64,000 nucleotides of DNA, taken from a virus. Its lineage: Duplodnaviria; Caudoviricetes. Shown one piece after another: positions 29,101-36,516 of this stretch (position 1 is its first letter; each line of letters begins with the position of its first letter). Below the pieces are notes generated by a model. That model was not told where the DNA came from. It did not search any database and was given only the letters and a program-made list of their open reading frames with translations. The translations under genes and the position numbers were made by a program. The stretch is taken from the IMG/VR virus record IMGVR_UViG_2934156241_000002, positions 19,954 through 83,953 of that record; one strand, 5' to 3'.

Positions 29101-30232
29101 CCCGCATGTACTGCGTGAGCCGTGCGCCACCCCGCGAGACCCGTTCAGCGAAGGGGCCCGATGCCACGAGGAAGTCGAGGGTGGTCCGGCCGAAGTTGCC
29201 CAGACTCTTGGTGATGCTGCCGAGGACACGGGAGTTCGACGCGGTGATCGTCTTGAAGTCCTTGCGGAACACGCCGGTCTGCATGAACTTGGCGCCGCGC
29301 TCCGCCATGGAACCCATCTGGGACGCGGAGTCGCCGAATGCCTTCTTGAGAAGCGGGAACGCTGACTTGGCCAGCGGCTTGATGTCGTCGGTGACCTTGG
29401 AGAAGAACCGCTCGCTGACGTCCATGCGGAGTTTGCGCCATCCGACGGACAGCTCAGTCACCGCGGAAACGGTCTTGCGGGCCGACTTCGAGAGTTTGCC
29501 CAGCGCCTCGTCGAGCTTGCCTTGCTGCGCCTCGGTGATCTTGCCGTCGTCGGCGAGCATCTGCTGCGCCTTCATGGACTGGTTGACGGCTTCGCCGAAC
29601 CCGTTGAACGCCATCTTCGTGCCGATCAGCGCGGTACCGGCGGCGGCGATCATGCCGGGAACTGCGCCGAGGACGCCCACGGCCGGGGCCATGGACGACA
29701 CCAGGGCAGTCAGCCCCGCTCCGTACTGCCCGATCAGAGCGACCGCGGGCTCGAGCAGCGAGACCAGGGCGCCGATGCCGAGCATTCGCAGACCACCGCG
29801 GCCGCGCCCCGGCATGCGCATCCGCACGGGCACGTTGACCGGGGTTCGGTCGGCTTCTCCCTGTGCGCCGGCGATCAGGCCCCGCAGCCCGGGAAGGAGA
29901 CCGTCACCGCGGCGGCCGCCTCCTCCGTCGCCTTCGGGCCGGACGGGAAGGTTCAGGTCGGCTTCGCCGAGACGCCGGCGAACGCTGTCGAGCTCGGCGC
30001 GGAACCGGTCCTCGTCGATCTTGACGCGAATGGTGGCGGTGACGCCCTTGGACGCTTCCTCAACAGCCTTCTTGAGCCGCTTGCGGAGGCCCTTCTCGTC
30101 GACCTTGACCTTCACCGCGGCGGCCAGGCCCTCGGCGGCTGCCTCAACCTCTGCCCGGAGCTTCTGCGCGAACCCCGAAAGGTCAGCGACGACCGGCACG
30201 TCGAGGCGACCGGCCTGCAGGCCCTCAGCCAC
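26177..30232 (-). CDS. Tape measure protein
   Basis: 1351-aa Ala/Gly-rich helical protein with TM segments; C-terminal ADGG repeats and WAEPET..EAYIPL. Confidence 0.92.
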   Translation of the reverse strand: MAEGLQAGRLDVPVVADLSGFAQKLRAEVEAAAEGLAAAVKVKVDEKGLRKRLKKAVEEASKGVTATIRVKIDEDRFRAELDSVRRRLGEADLNLPVRPEGDGGGGRRGDGLLPGLRGLIAGAQGEADRTPVNVPVRMRMPGRGRGGLRMLGIGALVSLLEPAVALIGQYGAGLTALVSSMAPAVGVLGAVPGMIAAAGTALIGTKMAFNGFGEAVNQSMKAQQMLADDGKITEAQQGKLDEALGKLSKSARKTVSAVTELSVGWRKLRMDVSERFFSKVTDDIKPLAKSAFPLLKKAFGDSASQMGSMAERGAKFMQTGVFRKDFKTITASNSRVLGSITKSLGNFGRTTLDFLVASGPFAERVSRGGARLTQYMRASVQAGRETGSLARFLDHAGDKAVQLGRTTSSLVKGLGGVGKAAMDTGDAMFDGFEGTMQRFDRWANSGVGQKAMKKMFSDAAPVFHEVNMLFGDMMRGIGHAMQDGGITDLVRQIRTELGPALGTVFSAIGNTIGPAVVSVISNIANAIGDLSSAGSGLGVLLVTLNGLLQIFNTIMGVIPGANTALAVFLGTMLALKVVSGVATMLRGFGTSVTAAGTSVRTLGTTMRGTMGPGVMGPQINAWQRMRLAYTGAAAGAGRLTGSLRGIGAANRVASRAIGGITSALGGPLGIAIAGVTIGLGILASRQQAAARATQAHKERVDALGQALAQSGGAIDANVRAQAAQLLQDTELAKGKGKLVDMMQKAGVGLGPLTDAYLGQGKTLAELQKELQLTADAHEEYATTATGAAKGWDAEGLAAIRAKDALGEVRGELEESQKKNKQLADAMTGSGVLGTTAYGRLNSAVQTFGDKTKSADERVDALKRALDSLNGNTQSFHDAETQLNSVMLQIDDAMKGNIDRAEGWGKALVANDGLVNTTTRNGQNLNSQLTELRDSMLAVATRSQEAAEQGLMPMSVAMDKSQGAMDKARAKAIQLARDMGIPKDQAKALADQMGLVPSTITTLMATQGVSEATTEFLGLRRTLESIKPGKSIQITAPTAEARSQLEALGFTVQRIQGSKKVVVTAPTGAARVNIAALASDIANAPNKKTVTVKAIIQQAAGDLKNVQSKITGLKGKSVEVKTPTKTAQAALKDLGYKIKTVDGSNGKTVRITAPNKSAISQVQAIQSKINSLTGRTVNVVVKYTSQGSPSIVPKADGGIVKYADGGIRKVAGRVKAFANGAEQHIAQIAKAGEMRLWAEPETYPGEAYIPLAPSKRKRSEAILGRVAEMFGGTVLYPGRGAMRGYANGAVLEHRSSSVRKTTTSRTAVSQASGALVGGDLNLNIGAVGTTANALEDAMFELRRLRLGGGGLQ

Positions 30233-30662
30233 TACGGACCATTCCTCTCTGCATGGCGGCCATGAGCATCTGCTGATGGCCGGTCATGCGGGGTGCCTGC
30301 GGCTCCGGCTGCGGCGGTGGCACTCGGCCAGGGCGGCGGTGCGTTGGTGCTTCGGAGCGTTGCGGGCGAACGATGGTGGTCGGCTCCTCGCGCCGCTTGT
30401 CCGCGGCCAGGAGCCCGATCTCGTCGACGATCAGCGCCATGAGCTCCAGGACCTTGGTCCAGCCGCCGAGAGGGGCGGAACGGACCTGGGAGTCGTCGGG
30501 CAGGCCGTCGACGAGGGAGATCAGCCGTCGGACTCCGAGGAATCCGGGCTGGCCGGGACGGAGCCAGACTCGGCGGGCGTCGATCCGGTGGAATCGGGAG
30601 AGGTCGGACTCGACGTCGGGGAATCGCTCTCGGAGGAGGCGCCCAACCGAAAGAGTTTTCCC
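30225..30662 (-). CDS. Tail assembly chaperone, -1 frameshift extension (G-T product)
   Basis: The -1 frame after GGGAAAA reads TLSVGRLLRERFPDVESDLSRFHRID...LVDGLPDDS...GWT, open to the stop at 30225. Confidence 0.85.
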   Translation of the reverse strand, partial: GKTLSVGRLLRERFPDVESDLSRFHRIDARRVWLRPGQPGFLGVRRLISLVDGLPDDSQVRSAPLGGWTKVLELMALIVDEIGLLAADKRREEPTTIVRPQRSEAPTHRRPGRVPPPQPEPQAPRMTGHQQMLMAAMQRGMVRSG

Positions 30663-31045
30663 AGCTCGACTCCGTAGACCCTGGTGAGGCCGGTTGTCAG
30701 GCGGACGTAGTCGCCGATCGATGGGCGCTTCTCCAGGAACTGGGTGTGCTGCTCGCCGAGGAGGATTGCGTACGTCGCACGGATCGCGGCGAGGAACTTC
30801 CGCGGCAGGGACGGACGGCGGAAGAGGGCGGCGATGACTTCCGCGACGCCGGCGTCGCCGTCGGTCGAGTCGATGACTTCGCCGAGGAGGCCGACCAGGT
30901 CCAGGTCTTCGGACAGGATCGGGTCGAGGGCGTCGGCCGGCAGCTCCGCCGGGAAGATGTACTGGTCGCCGTTGAACTTCACCGGGATGCCGTCCGGGTA
31001 CTGAACCTCGCGGCGTTCGGCGTCCAGGTCGATGACGTACGACAT
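30521..31045 (-). CDS. Tail assembly chaperone (G product)
   Basis: MSYVIDLDAERRE...YGVELGK, between the major tail and tape measure genes. Confidence 0.85.
   Translation of the reverse strand: MSYVIDLDAERREVQYPDGIPVKFNGDQYIFPAELPADALDPILSEDLDLVGLLGEVIDSTDGDAGVAEVIAALFRRPSLPRKFLAAIRATYAILLGEQHTQFLEKRPSIGDYVRLTTGLTRVYGVELGKLFRLGASSESDSPTSSPTSPDSTGSTPAESGSVPASPDSSESDG
30656..30662 (-). other. Programmed -1 ribosomal frameshift site G GGA AAA
   Basis: Canonical X XXY YYZ heptamer in frame at the L-G-K codons. Confidence 0.88.
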
Positions 31046-31121
31046 GTGCGTGACCTCTCGTGAATGCGTGGCTGGATCGCAGGAGTGCGGCAGCGCGCGG
31101 ACACTCGCAAGCCGTGAGTGC

Positions 31122-31131
31122 TTGTGTCGCG
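31122..31131 (-). promoter_or_regulatory. Late-promoter upstream box (chaperone/TMP), inside a long hairpin
   Basis: CGCGACACAA-N15-GAGTGT; inverted repeat gcggcagcgcgcg...cgcgcgctgccgc at 31087-31140. Confidence 0.55.
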
Positions 31132-31146
31132 CGCTGCCGCGAGAGG

Positions 31147-31734
31147 TCAGGCAGTCGCGAAGGCGGGGTCGTCCGTGAGGACGTACCAGGCGTCCAGGTC
31201 GTCGCCGCCCTGGACCGCCAGGCGCAGCGGCAGCACGGCCTCCTTCGTCTTGGCGAGGTCCTTGCTGACGCCTTCCATCTGCATGGCGCGGGGGATGATG
31301 TAGCGGTAGTGCTTGCCGCCGTCGATGACCTCGACGACGGCCATGACCTCCGTGCGGGATCCGATGCGCGGAGGCGTGAACTTGTAGTGCGTCGACGCCG
31401 GCGGACCGGTCACCGTCACGGTGGCGATGGTGCCGCCGCCGTACACCGCTCGGAAGTTGTTGCCGGACCACTGCTGCAGGTCGACCTCGATCGTGGCGGC
31501 GTCCTGAGTCTGGAAGGTCCTCGTGGGATACGAGGACTGGGCGCTGCGGACCTGCTCGAAGTTCGGCTCGCTGTTGAACTTCAGCGAGTCCTCGGTGGTG
31601 AGTCCGACGTTCCGCAGGGCTTCGGGCATCGGTGACGTGGCGTCGGCCGGGGCCGTAGAACCGACGGGGCCCAGGAAGATCCTGGTGATGGATGGGATGA
31701 CGATTTCGTTGTTGTTGGCGCTCTCGCCTGCCAT
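31147..31734 (-). CDS. Major tail (tube) protein
   Basis: IFLGPVGSTAP...VGLTTEDSLKF...RYIIPRA, siphovirus tube pattern; start ATG 31734. Confidence 0.87.
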   Translation of the reverse strand: MAGESANNNEIVIPSITRIFLGPVGSTAPADATSPMPEALRNVGLTTEDSLKFNSEPNFEQVRSAQSSYPTRTFQTQDAATIEVDLQQWSGNNFRAVYGGGTIATVTVTGPPASTHYKFTPPRIGSRTEVMAVVEVIDGGKHYRYIIPRAMQMEGVSKDLAKTKEAVLPLRLAVQGGDDLDAWYVLTDDPAFATA

Positions 31735-31792
31735 GACGGCTTCTCCAAGGTGTCCGGGTGCTGGGGCGGACACCTTGGAGAGCCGGGGCGGT

Positions 31793-31802
31793 TAGCGTCG
31801 CG
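31793..31802 (-). promoter_or_regulatory. Late-promoter upstream box (major tail)
   Basis: CGCGACGCTA-N15-CAAGGT. Confidence 0.7.
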
Positions 31803-31805
31803 TCG

Positions 31806-32231
31806 TCACGGATGGAGGGTTACGGCGAGGTTCATCAGCCACCGTGGCTGGCCGTCGACGAGCGGGGACCAGACCAGGAGTCCGGACGGGCTGATGCCGT
31901 TGATGACCGGCCGGCCGGGCGTGTGGGGGGCTTCCACGATGGTCTGGGCTGCTGTGGCGCACAACAGGAGGATGCGGCGCAGTTCGGCCTTGCCCGGCCA
32001 TCCGCCAGGGTCGCCGTGCACTTCCAGTGTCACTTCGGGTGCGGTGGCCCAGCGGAGGTCGCGCAGGTCTCCTCCGGGCCCGTGGCCGATGACCAGGTGT
32101 GGCCAGGGGGCTTCGGCGATGCCGGACACGCGTCCGCGGCCGCCGAGGGCTTCGGCGGCCGCGTCGCTCTGCTGGAGCCAGGCCAGGAGTACGGACACGG
32201 GATCGGCGTCCGCGAGGGTGAGGTCGGTCAT
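31806..32231 (-). CDS. Tail terminator-like protein
   Basis: 141 aa immediately upstream of the major tail gene; DPVSVLLAWL...VTLEVHG...QPRW. Confidence 0.7.
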   Translation of the reverse strand: MTDLTLADADPVSVLLAWLQQSDAAAEALGGRGRVSGIAEAPWPHLVIGHGPGGDLRDLRWATAPEVTLEVHGDPGGWPGKAELRRILLLCATAAQTIVEAPHTPGRPVINGISPSGLLVWSPLVDGQPRWLMNLAVTLHP

Positions 32232-32494
32232 CAGGTGCGGGCGGTGAAGCCCTGGCCCCGGAGGCGGCGGGCGTAGTCGGGGGACACGAGGATCTTGGCG
32301 CCTGGGGTGTAGTCGGTCCCGCTGATCCGCAGGTGATGAGACAGAGTGACGGTCTCCGGCTCCTGGCCGAGGCCGAGAGGCGGGCCGACAACGGCCGGGG
32401 CGCGGCGAGTCGGCTCGGTGGTGTCGATGACGGTGTCGGGGACGGGCTCGGCCGCCGTGGCGGTGTTCTTCTTGATGGTCGTGTTCGTAGCCAT
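32231..32494 (-). CDS. Small virion-associated hypothetical protein
   Basis: VTLSHHLRISGTDYTPGAKILVSPDYARRLRGQG; no RBS, predicted leaderless. Confidence 0.65.
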   Translation of the reverse strand: MATNTTIKKNTATAAEPVPDTVIDTTEPTRRAPAVVGPPLGLGQEPETVTLSHHLRISGTDYTPGAKILVSPDYARRLRGQGFTART

Positions 32495-32521
32495 GGCGGG
32501 CACTGTGCGGACGGGATCGGT

Positions 32522-32531
32522 TTGTGTCGCG
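32522..32531 (-). promoter_or_regulatory. Late-promoter upstream box, leaderless start
   Basis: CGCGACACAA-N14-CACAGT-N7-ATG(32494). Confidence 0.7.
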
Positions 32532-32601
32532 TTCACCAGTTGCGGAGCGGTGAGGGGCGGTAGCCTGCGGCAGCGAATCAGCAAGTCCTGTGGGGGGATG
32601 C

Positions 32602-32904
32602 ATGAGAACGCGACGTGCGGTGGCGACTGCTGCCGTGGCGGGTGCTTTGGTCTTGGTCGGCGCATGCAGCAGTGCCGAGGAGCCGGAGCCGGCGGAGCGC
32701 CCGTCGAGCGGGCCGGACTACGAGGCGGCGATGGAACGTTGTGCGCTGTCTCGGCTGCAGAACGGTGGTGAGGAGGACCCGACAACTGAGTCGTGGGCGT
32801 ATGGGGACGCGTACACCACGTGCACGTACGGCCGGTCGTTCGATGATCAGAGCTCGCCGGCGCGTGGCTGGGGCGCGGCTGACCCGGGATACTGGGACGA
32901 CTGA
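32602..32904 (+). CDS. Lipoprotein on the strand opposite the structural operon
   Basis: MRTRRAVATAAVAGALVLVGA-C signal peptide and lipobox; fills the gap between two minus-strand genes. Confidence 0.7.
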   Translation: MRTRRAVATAAVAGALVLVGACSSAEEPEPAERPSSGPDYEAAMERCALSRLQNGGEEDPTTESWAYGDAYTTCTYGRSFDDQSSPARGWGAADPGYWDD

Positions 32905-32912
32905 GCCCCGCG

Positions 32913-33446
32913 TCAGCGGCGGGCGGCGACGATGGCGGCCGCACGGGACATGAAGTGTGTGCCGTCCGCGACCATGTTGCCCGGGTAGACCGTTCCGACT
33001 TCCGCCTCGACGACGTTCGGGGCCTGGACGGAGACGGTGACCGTGACCCGCCTCCCGGCAACCACGGGTTGGCCGGTGTTGATGTGCCGGGCGATGCCGT
33101 CCGGGTCCTTGTGAGTGGTGCAGCGGCAGTGCTTGAGGTTCGCGATGGCGCGGGACGTACGGTCGCGCGGTTCGAGCATGTATGTGGAGGCGCCGACGCC
33201 GCGGTGCTTGCGGTCCCAGTCCATGGAGTTGATGGTGAAGCGCAGGTTGCCGGGGACTACTTGGCCCTGAGCGGCGACGTGAGTGGGGCGCACTCGGTCG
33301 TCGCCCATCGTCACCCAGCGCTTGGTCGGCGGCGCCAACCGCTTCGCTTCAACCTCCACTTTCTGCGCGATGCGATGTACGGCCGGGGCGACTATCCGAG
33401 CGAGGGACTGCTCAAGACCCTGGGCGGGCGTGAACTTCGCCATCAC
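32913..33446 (-). CDS. Neck/tail-completion (HK97 gp10-like) protein with a MuF-like insert
   Basis: EAKRLAP and HFMSRAA flank KRWVTMGDDRVRPTH...HCRC. Confidence 0.65.
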   Translation of the reverse strand: MMAKFTPAQGLEQSLARIVAPAVHRIAQKVEVEAKRLAPPTKRWVTMGDDRVRPTHVAAQGQVVPGNLRFTINSMDWDRKHRGVGASTYMLEPRDRTSRAIANLKHCRCTTHKDPDGIARHINTGQPVVAGRRVTVTVSVQAPNVVEAEVGTVYPGNMVADGTHFMSRAAAIVAARR

Positions 33447-33775
33447 GGGACCTCAGGAGGGTTGAGAGTGGCGGTGGCCTGGACATAGTCGACGTCCGGA
33501 CAGCCGGGCACGCGGTGGTTACGGGTGCTCGTCAACGTCCAGGCCCGACCGGTCTCGTCGGAGATGGTGTCGCCATCCTTGACCGGCCAGGCCTGCGGAT
33601 CCAGGCGCACCGTCCATGAGCCGTCGGCCTGCTCCAGCACCGACCCGGGCCACGTACCGCGTGGCTCGGGCCGGACGTTCGGATTCGGCGGTACGGGCAC
33701 CCCGTTGGCGTCGCGCACCCAGGGGTGCGGGAGCGCATACACGGTCAGCAGGGCGTTCGAGAGGACGACGGCCAT
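33443..33775 (-). CDS. Head-to-tail stopper-like protein
   Basis: 110 aa, RDANG...VKDGDTI, neck position. Confidence 0.6.
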   Translation of the reverse strand: MAVVLSNALLTVYALPHPWVRDANGVPVPPNPNVRPEPRGTWPGSVLEQADGSWTVRLDPQAWPVKDGDTISDETGRAWTLTSTRNHRVPGCPDVDYVQATATLNPPEVP

Positions 33776-33777
33776 GG

Positions 33778-34413
33778 TCAGCCAGCTCCGGCGGCGACAA
33801 GGGCCTTGGAGACGGCCAACTTGACCGCGGTGACGTACGACGTGAACGCGGCTGTGATGTTCTTGCGGTTGGCCCGGGTCATGTCGCCGTTGAGAAAGAA
33901 CGCCGCGCGCTGGGCGGTGCTGATCTCAAGCTGAACGCCCATGCCGCGACTGTTCCGATTACAGATGTTCTTGGGGTCGTTCCCGTTCAGCTCCTCGGTG
34001 GCGAGCTGAACGGTGAACCCGGCGTCCTTGAGGCACTGGCCGATCTGATCGCGGAGGTTGTAGTCCCGTCCTCCGAGGTAAGTGAGCGCTGTCGCGCCCG
34101 TCGCGCCGTGCCACGAGACGACGTGGGTTGCGACCTGCGCCATCGTGAGGGCCTGCGGCTCGTCGTACCGGGTGGAGGTGATGTGCAGGGCGTCGTTTGT
34201 GCCAGTGGGCATGAAGGCGTCAAGGCTGTAGAAGTCGTGGATGTCGGCCGCTGCCGCGTCCGCGAGTTCGGTCGTGCCCGTCTCGATCCCGCCTCCGTGG
34301 ATGGCGAGGTGCAGCAGGGTGGAGACCTGGGAAATGCGCCAGATCCGTTGATAGTCGATGCCCTCGATCTGGCCGCCGGCCAGCTCACCATAGGAGTGGT
34401 AGAGGTCGCCCAT
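33778..34413 (-). CDS. Poly-gamma-glutamate hydrolase family (PghP/DUF867-like)
   Basis: AIHGGGIETGTTELA, LHITSTRYDEP, SWHG, NICN, GVQLEIS. Confidence 0.88.
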   Translation of the reverse strand: MGDLYHSYGELAGGQIEGIDYQRIWRISQVSTLLHLAIHGGGIETGTTELADAAAADIHDFYSLDAFMPTGTNDALHITSTRYDEPQALTMAQVATHVVSWHGATGATALTYLGGRDYNLRDQIGQCLKDAGFTVQLATEELNGNDPKNICNRNSRGMGVQLEISTAQRAAFFLNGDMTRANRKNITAAFTSYVTAVKLAVSKALVAAGAG

Positions 34414-34434
34414 CGGGTGCGCTCCTTTCGTGGA

Positions 34435-35301
34435 TCAGCGGTACCGGCGGCCGCGGTACGTGGAGTACGGCCAGGGTGGGCGCGACGGTCGGTTGAGTGG
34501 TTGGTAGAGGCGGCGGCGTAGCCGGTTCAGGGACTCGAGCGCGGGGAGCGCTCCGGCCTGCCCCGCGGTGGGCGCGGTCTCGTAGGAAATGGACTGTCCT
34601 TCTGCGCTCACCGAGGACACGCGACGCCCCGAGCTGCCGACTCCGCCGGGGCGCTGCCGCTCGGACTCTGCGGCATGAGCTGTGACGTAGCGGACGATGG
34701 TCTCCTCCGCGGTCCCGTTGAGGCCCACCAGGAGGTCGACGTCGTACGTCCCATCTCCGTGCGGCCGGTAGGCGATGACCTCCACCAGGTCGTCCTGGTC
34801 GGGCAGGGGCCACGACTCCGCGTGGTCGAGGTTGCCGGTGTAGTACGGCGTGACCGCGCGCAAGGTGAGGGCCCGCGGCAGGACGGGGCGGTTCAGGTAA
34901 CCCACCACGTCGGCCTGCGCGTTGCGGATGGCTGTTTCCAGTGCGCTGCGCTGGTCGGCTGTGATCGGGAGCGGCACGCCGAGCGAGTCGGCGACGGCTT
35001 CCGGGGAGGTGACGAGGCCCATGCCCATGGGCAAGTCGAGGCGCACGGATGTGTCCTTGACCGGCTGGGCGCCGTCGCTGGGGGTGAAAGTCACCATGCC
35101 CCAGTAGCGACCGGGCGGTACCTCGGGCAGGTCGAACCGGTACGCGCCGGGACGAAGCCGAGTGACCGTGGTCGCCGCGGCGGCCACGGGGCCGCTGCGG
35201 TCGGCCGTGCCGTACAGGTCCAGGCGGCTGACAGCTCCGCCGGCCGGTTCGGGGTCGTAGTGCGCCCCGCCGTAGATGGGTTCGTAGTCGACGACCGACA
35301 C
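34435..35301 (-). CDS. Head-to-tail adaptor-like protein
   Basis: AIRNAQADVVGYLNRP...VSSVSAEGQSISY, with an extra N-terminal beta domain. Confidence 0.65.
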   Translation of the reverse strand: MSVVDYEPIYGGAHYDPEPAGGAVSRLDLYGTADRSGPVAAAATTVTRLRPGAYRFDLPEVPPGRYWGMVTFTPSDGAQPVKDTSVRLDLPMGMGLVTSPEAVADSLGVPLPITADQRSALETAIRNAQADVVGYLNRPVLPRALTLRAVTPYYTGNLDHAESWPLPDQDDLVEVIAYRPHGDGTYDVDLLVGLNGTAEETIVRYVTAHAAESERQRPGGVGSSGRRVSSVSAEGQSISYETAPTAGQAGALPALESLNRLRRRLYQPLNRPSRPPWPYSTYRGRRYR

Positions 35302-35313
35302 TCCAGGTCTTCC

Positions 35314-35817
35314 TTACTTCTCGGTGTCGGTCGTGGCGGCCTGCGCGACCAGGCGCTCGCGGATACGGGCGGCGACGCTCTCGGAGACGTGGGCGCCCTT
35401 GGGCTGCAGCAGTCGCTCGACGGGGTTGCGGTGCGGCCCCAGGAACGTCCGCTCGATCAGCCGGACTGTGCAGATGAGGGTGGAGCCGTATGGGGTGACT
35501 CGCAGGAACACGGCGTCGGTGTCGGTCGGCGGCTGCTTGGTCGCGTCGTCAAGGATGACTTCTGCCAGGTCGTCGGGGATGACGTCGGTCGGGGAGGCGT
35601 AGCCGGGAGCGGCAGGGGGTGCGGGCGTCTCGTGGACCGTCGGCGGTTCGAGCGGGGCGGCGTCGGGAGCCTTCGGGCCTGCCTCGGTGGCCTCCGTAGT
35701 GGTTGCCTCGGTGCTGGCGTTCTCAAGCTCCGTGGTGACCTGTGCGGTCTCGGTGGTGTCGTTGGCCGCGGTCTTCGCGGTGGCGGCCTTACGGGGTCGG
35801 GTGGTGTTGACGGCCAT
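35314..35817 (-). CDS. Hypothetical head-associated protein
   Basis: Low-complexity N-terminus; C-terminal RLLQPKGAHV; GGGAG RBS. Confidence 0.65.
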   Translation of the reverse strand: MAVNTTRPRKAATAKTAANDTTETAQVTTELENASTEATTTEATEAGPKAPDAAPLEPPTVHETPAPPAAPGYASPTDVIPDDLAEVILDDATKQPPTDTDAVFLRVTPYGSTLICTVRLIERTFLGPHRNPVERLLQPKGAHVSESVAARIRERLVAQAATTDTEK

Positions 35818-35876
35818 GATGGCTCCCTGTCGGGTGGTGGTCCGGGTCGGCGCGCACCCTGCACAGCGGGCGGCGC

Positions 35877-35886
35877 TTATGTCGCG
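35877..35886 (-). promoter_or_regulatory. Late-promoter upstream box
   Basis: CGCGACATAA-N15-CAGGGT. Confidence 0.7.
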
Positions 35887-35939
35887 TGCTGCTGGGCCCG
35901 GGACGGCCCCTGTCTGGGCGGTCCCGGGCGCCTGCCTGG

Positions 35940-36404
35940 TCAGGCGGTGTAGGTGAAGCCGTTGGTCTTGGTGACGTTGCCGGCGTCGTCGGCGAGGACG
36001 ACGTTAACCGCTCCGGCTGCACCTGCGGGCGTCTTGACTCGGAGCTCGGTCGTGGAAGTGACCTTGAGCTCCGTTCCGGCGGTGGCGCCGAAGTTCACCG
36101 CGGACGCGCCGTCGAACCCGGTGCCTGTGATGGTGACGGTCGTGCCGCCCGCGGCCGCCCCGGTGGCGGGCGAGATGGTGGCGATGGTGGCCGTGGTGAA
36201 CAGCCGGTCGATCACGGACTGAGGAACGATGTCTCCGGCCTCGTAGAGCAGGTGGCGGCGAGACCCCTCGGGGCGGCCGTCGCCGCGACCGTACGGCTCG
36301 GTCAAGTAGACGTTCTCGGTGATCCGCTTGGGCGGGTCGGTGACGGCGACCGCGGGGAACGCCGCCTTCGTGATTCGCTGTCCGGTCGCTCGGTAGAGGC
36401 CCAT
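35940..36404 (-). CDS. IPT/TIG (Ig-like) domain virion protein
   Basis: ISPATGAAAGGTTVTITGTGF...VNFG...FTY; start ATG 36404 with a GAAGGA RBS. Confidence 0.85.
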   Translation of the reverse strand: MGLYRATGQRITKAAFPAVAVTDPPKRITENVYLTEPYGRGDGRPEGSRRHLLYEAGDIVPQSVIDRLFTTATIATISPATGAAAGGTTVTITGTGFDGASAVNFGATAGTELKVTSTTELRVKTPAGAAGAVNVVLADDAGNVTKTNGFTYTA

Positions 36405-36454
36405 GGGTGTCCTTCCGTAGTTGATGGCTACGAAGGATGAACCGGGGTGACGAC

Positions 36455-36464
36455 TACCGTCGCG
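36455..36464 (-). promoter_or_regulatory. Late-promoter upstream box
   Basis: CGCGACGGTA-N15-CATCCT. Confidence 0.65.
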
Positions 36465-36480
36465 CCTGCCCGATCCGGCG

Positions 36481-36498
36481 CTTGCACAATTGTGCAAG
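36481..36498. promoter_or_regulatory. Perfect 18-bp palindrome, candidate protein-binding site (copy 1)
   Basis: CTTGCACAATTGTGCAAG. Confidence 0.6.
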
Positions 36499-36516
36499 AA
36501 CGATCTTGGTCGAGTT

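Noticed and set aside
36481-36498. Canonical parS or dif site
   Set aside because: Does not match GTTTCACGTGAAAC or the dif layout; left as an unknown site.
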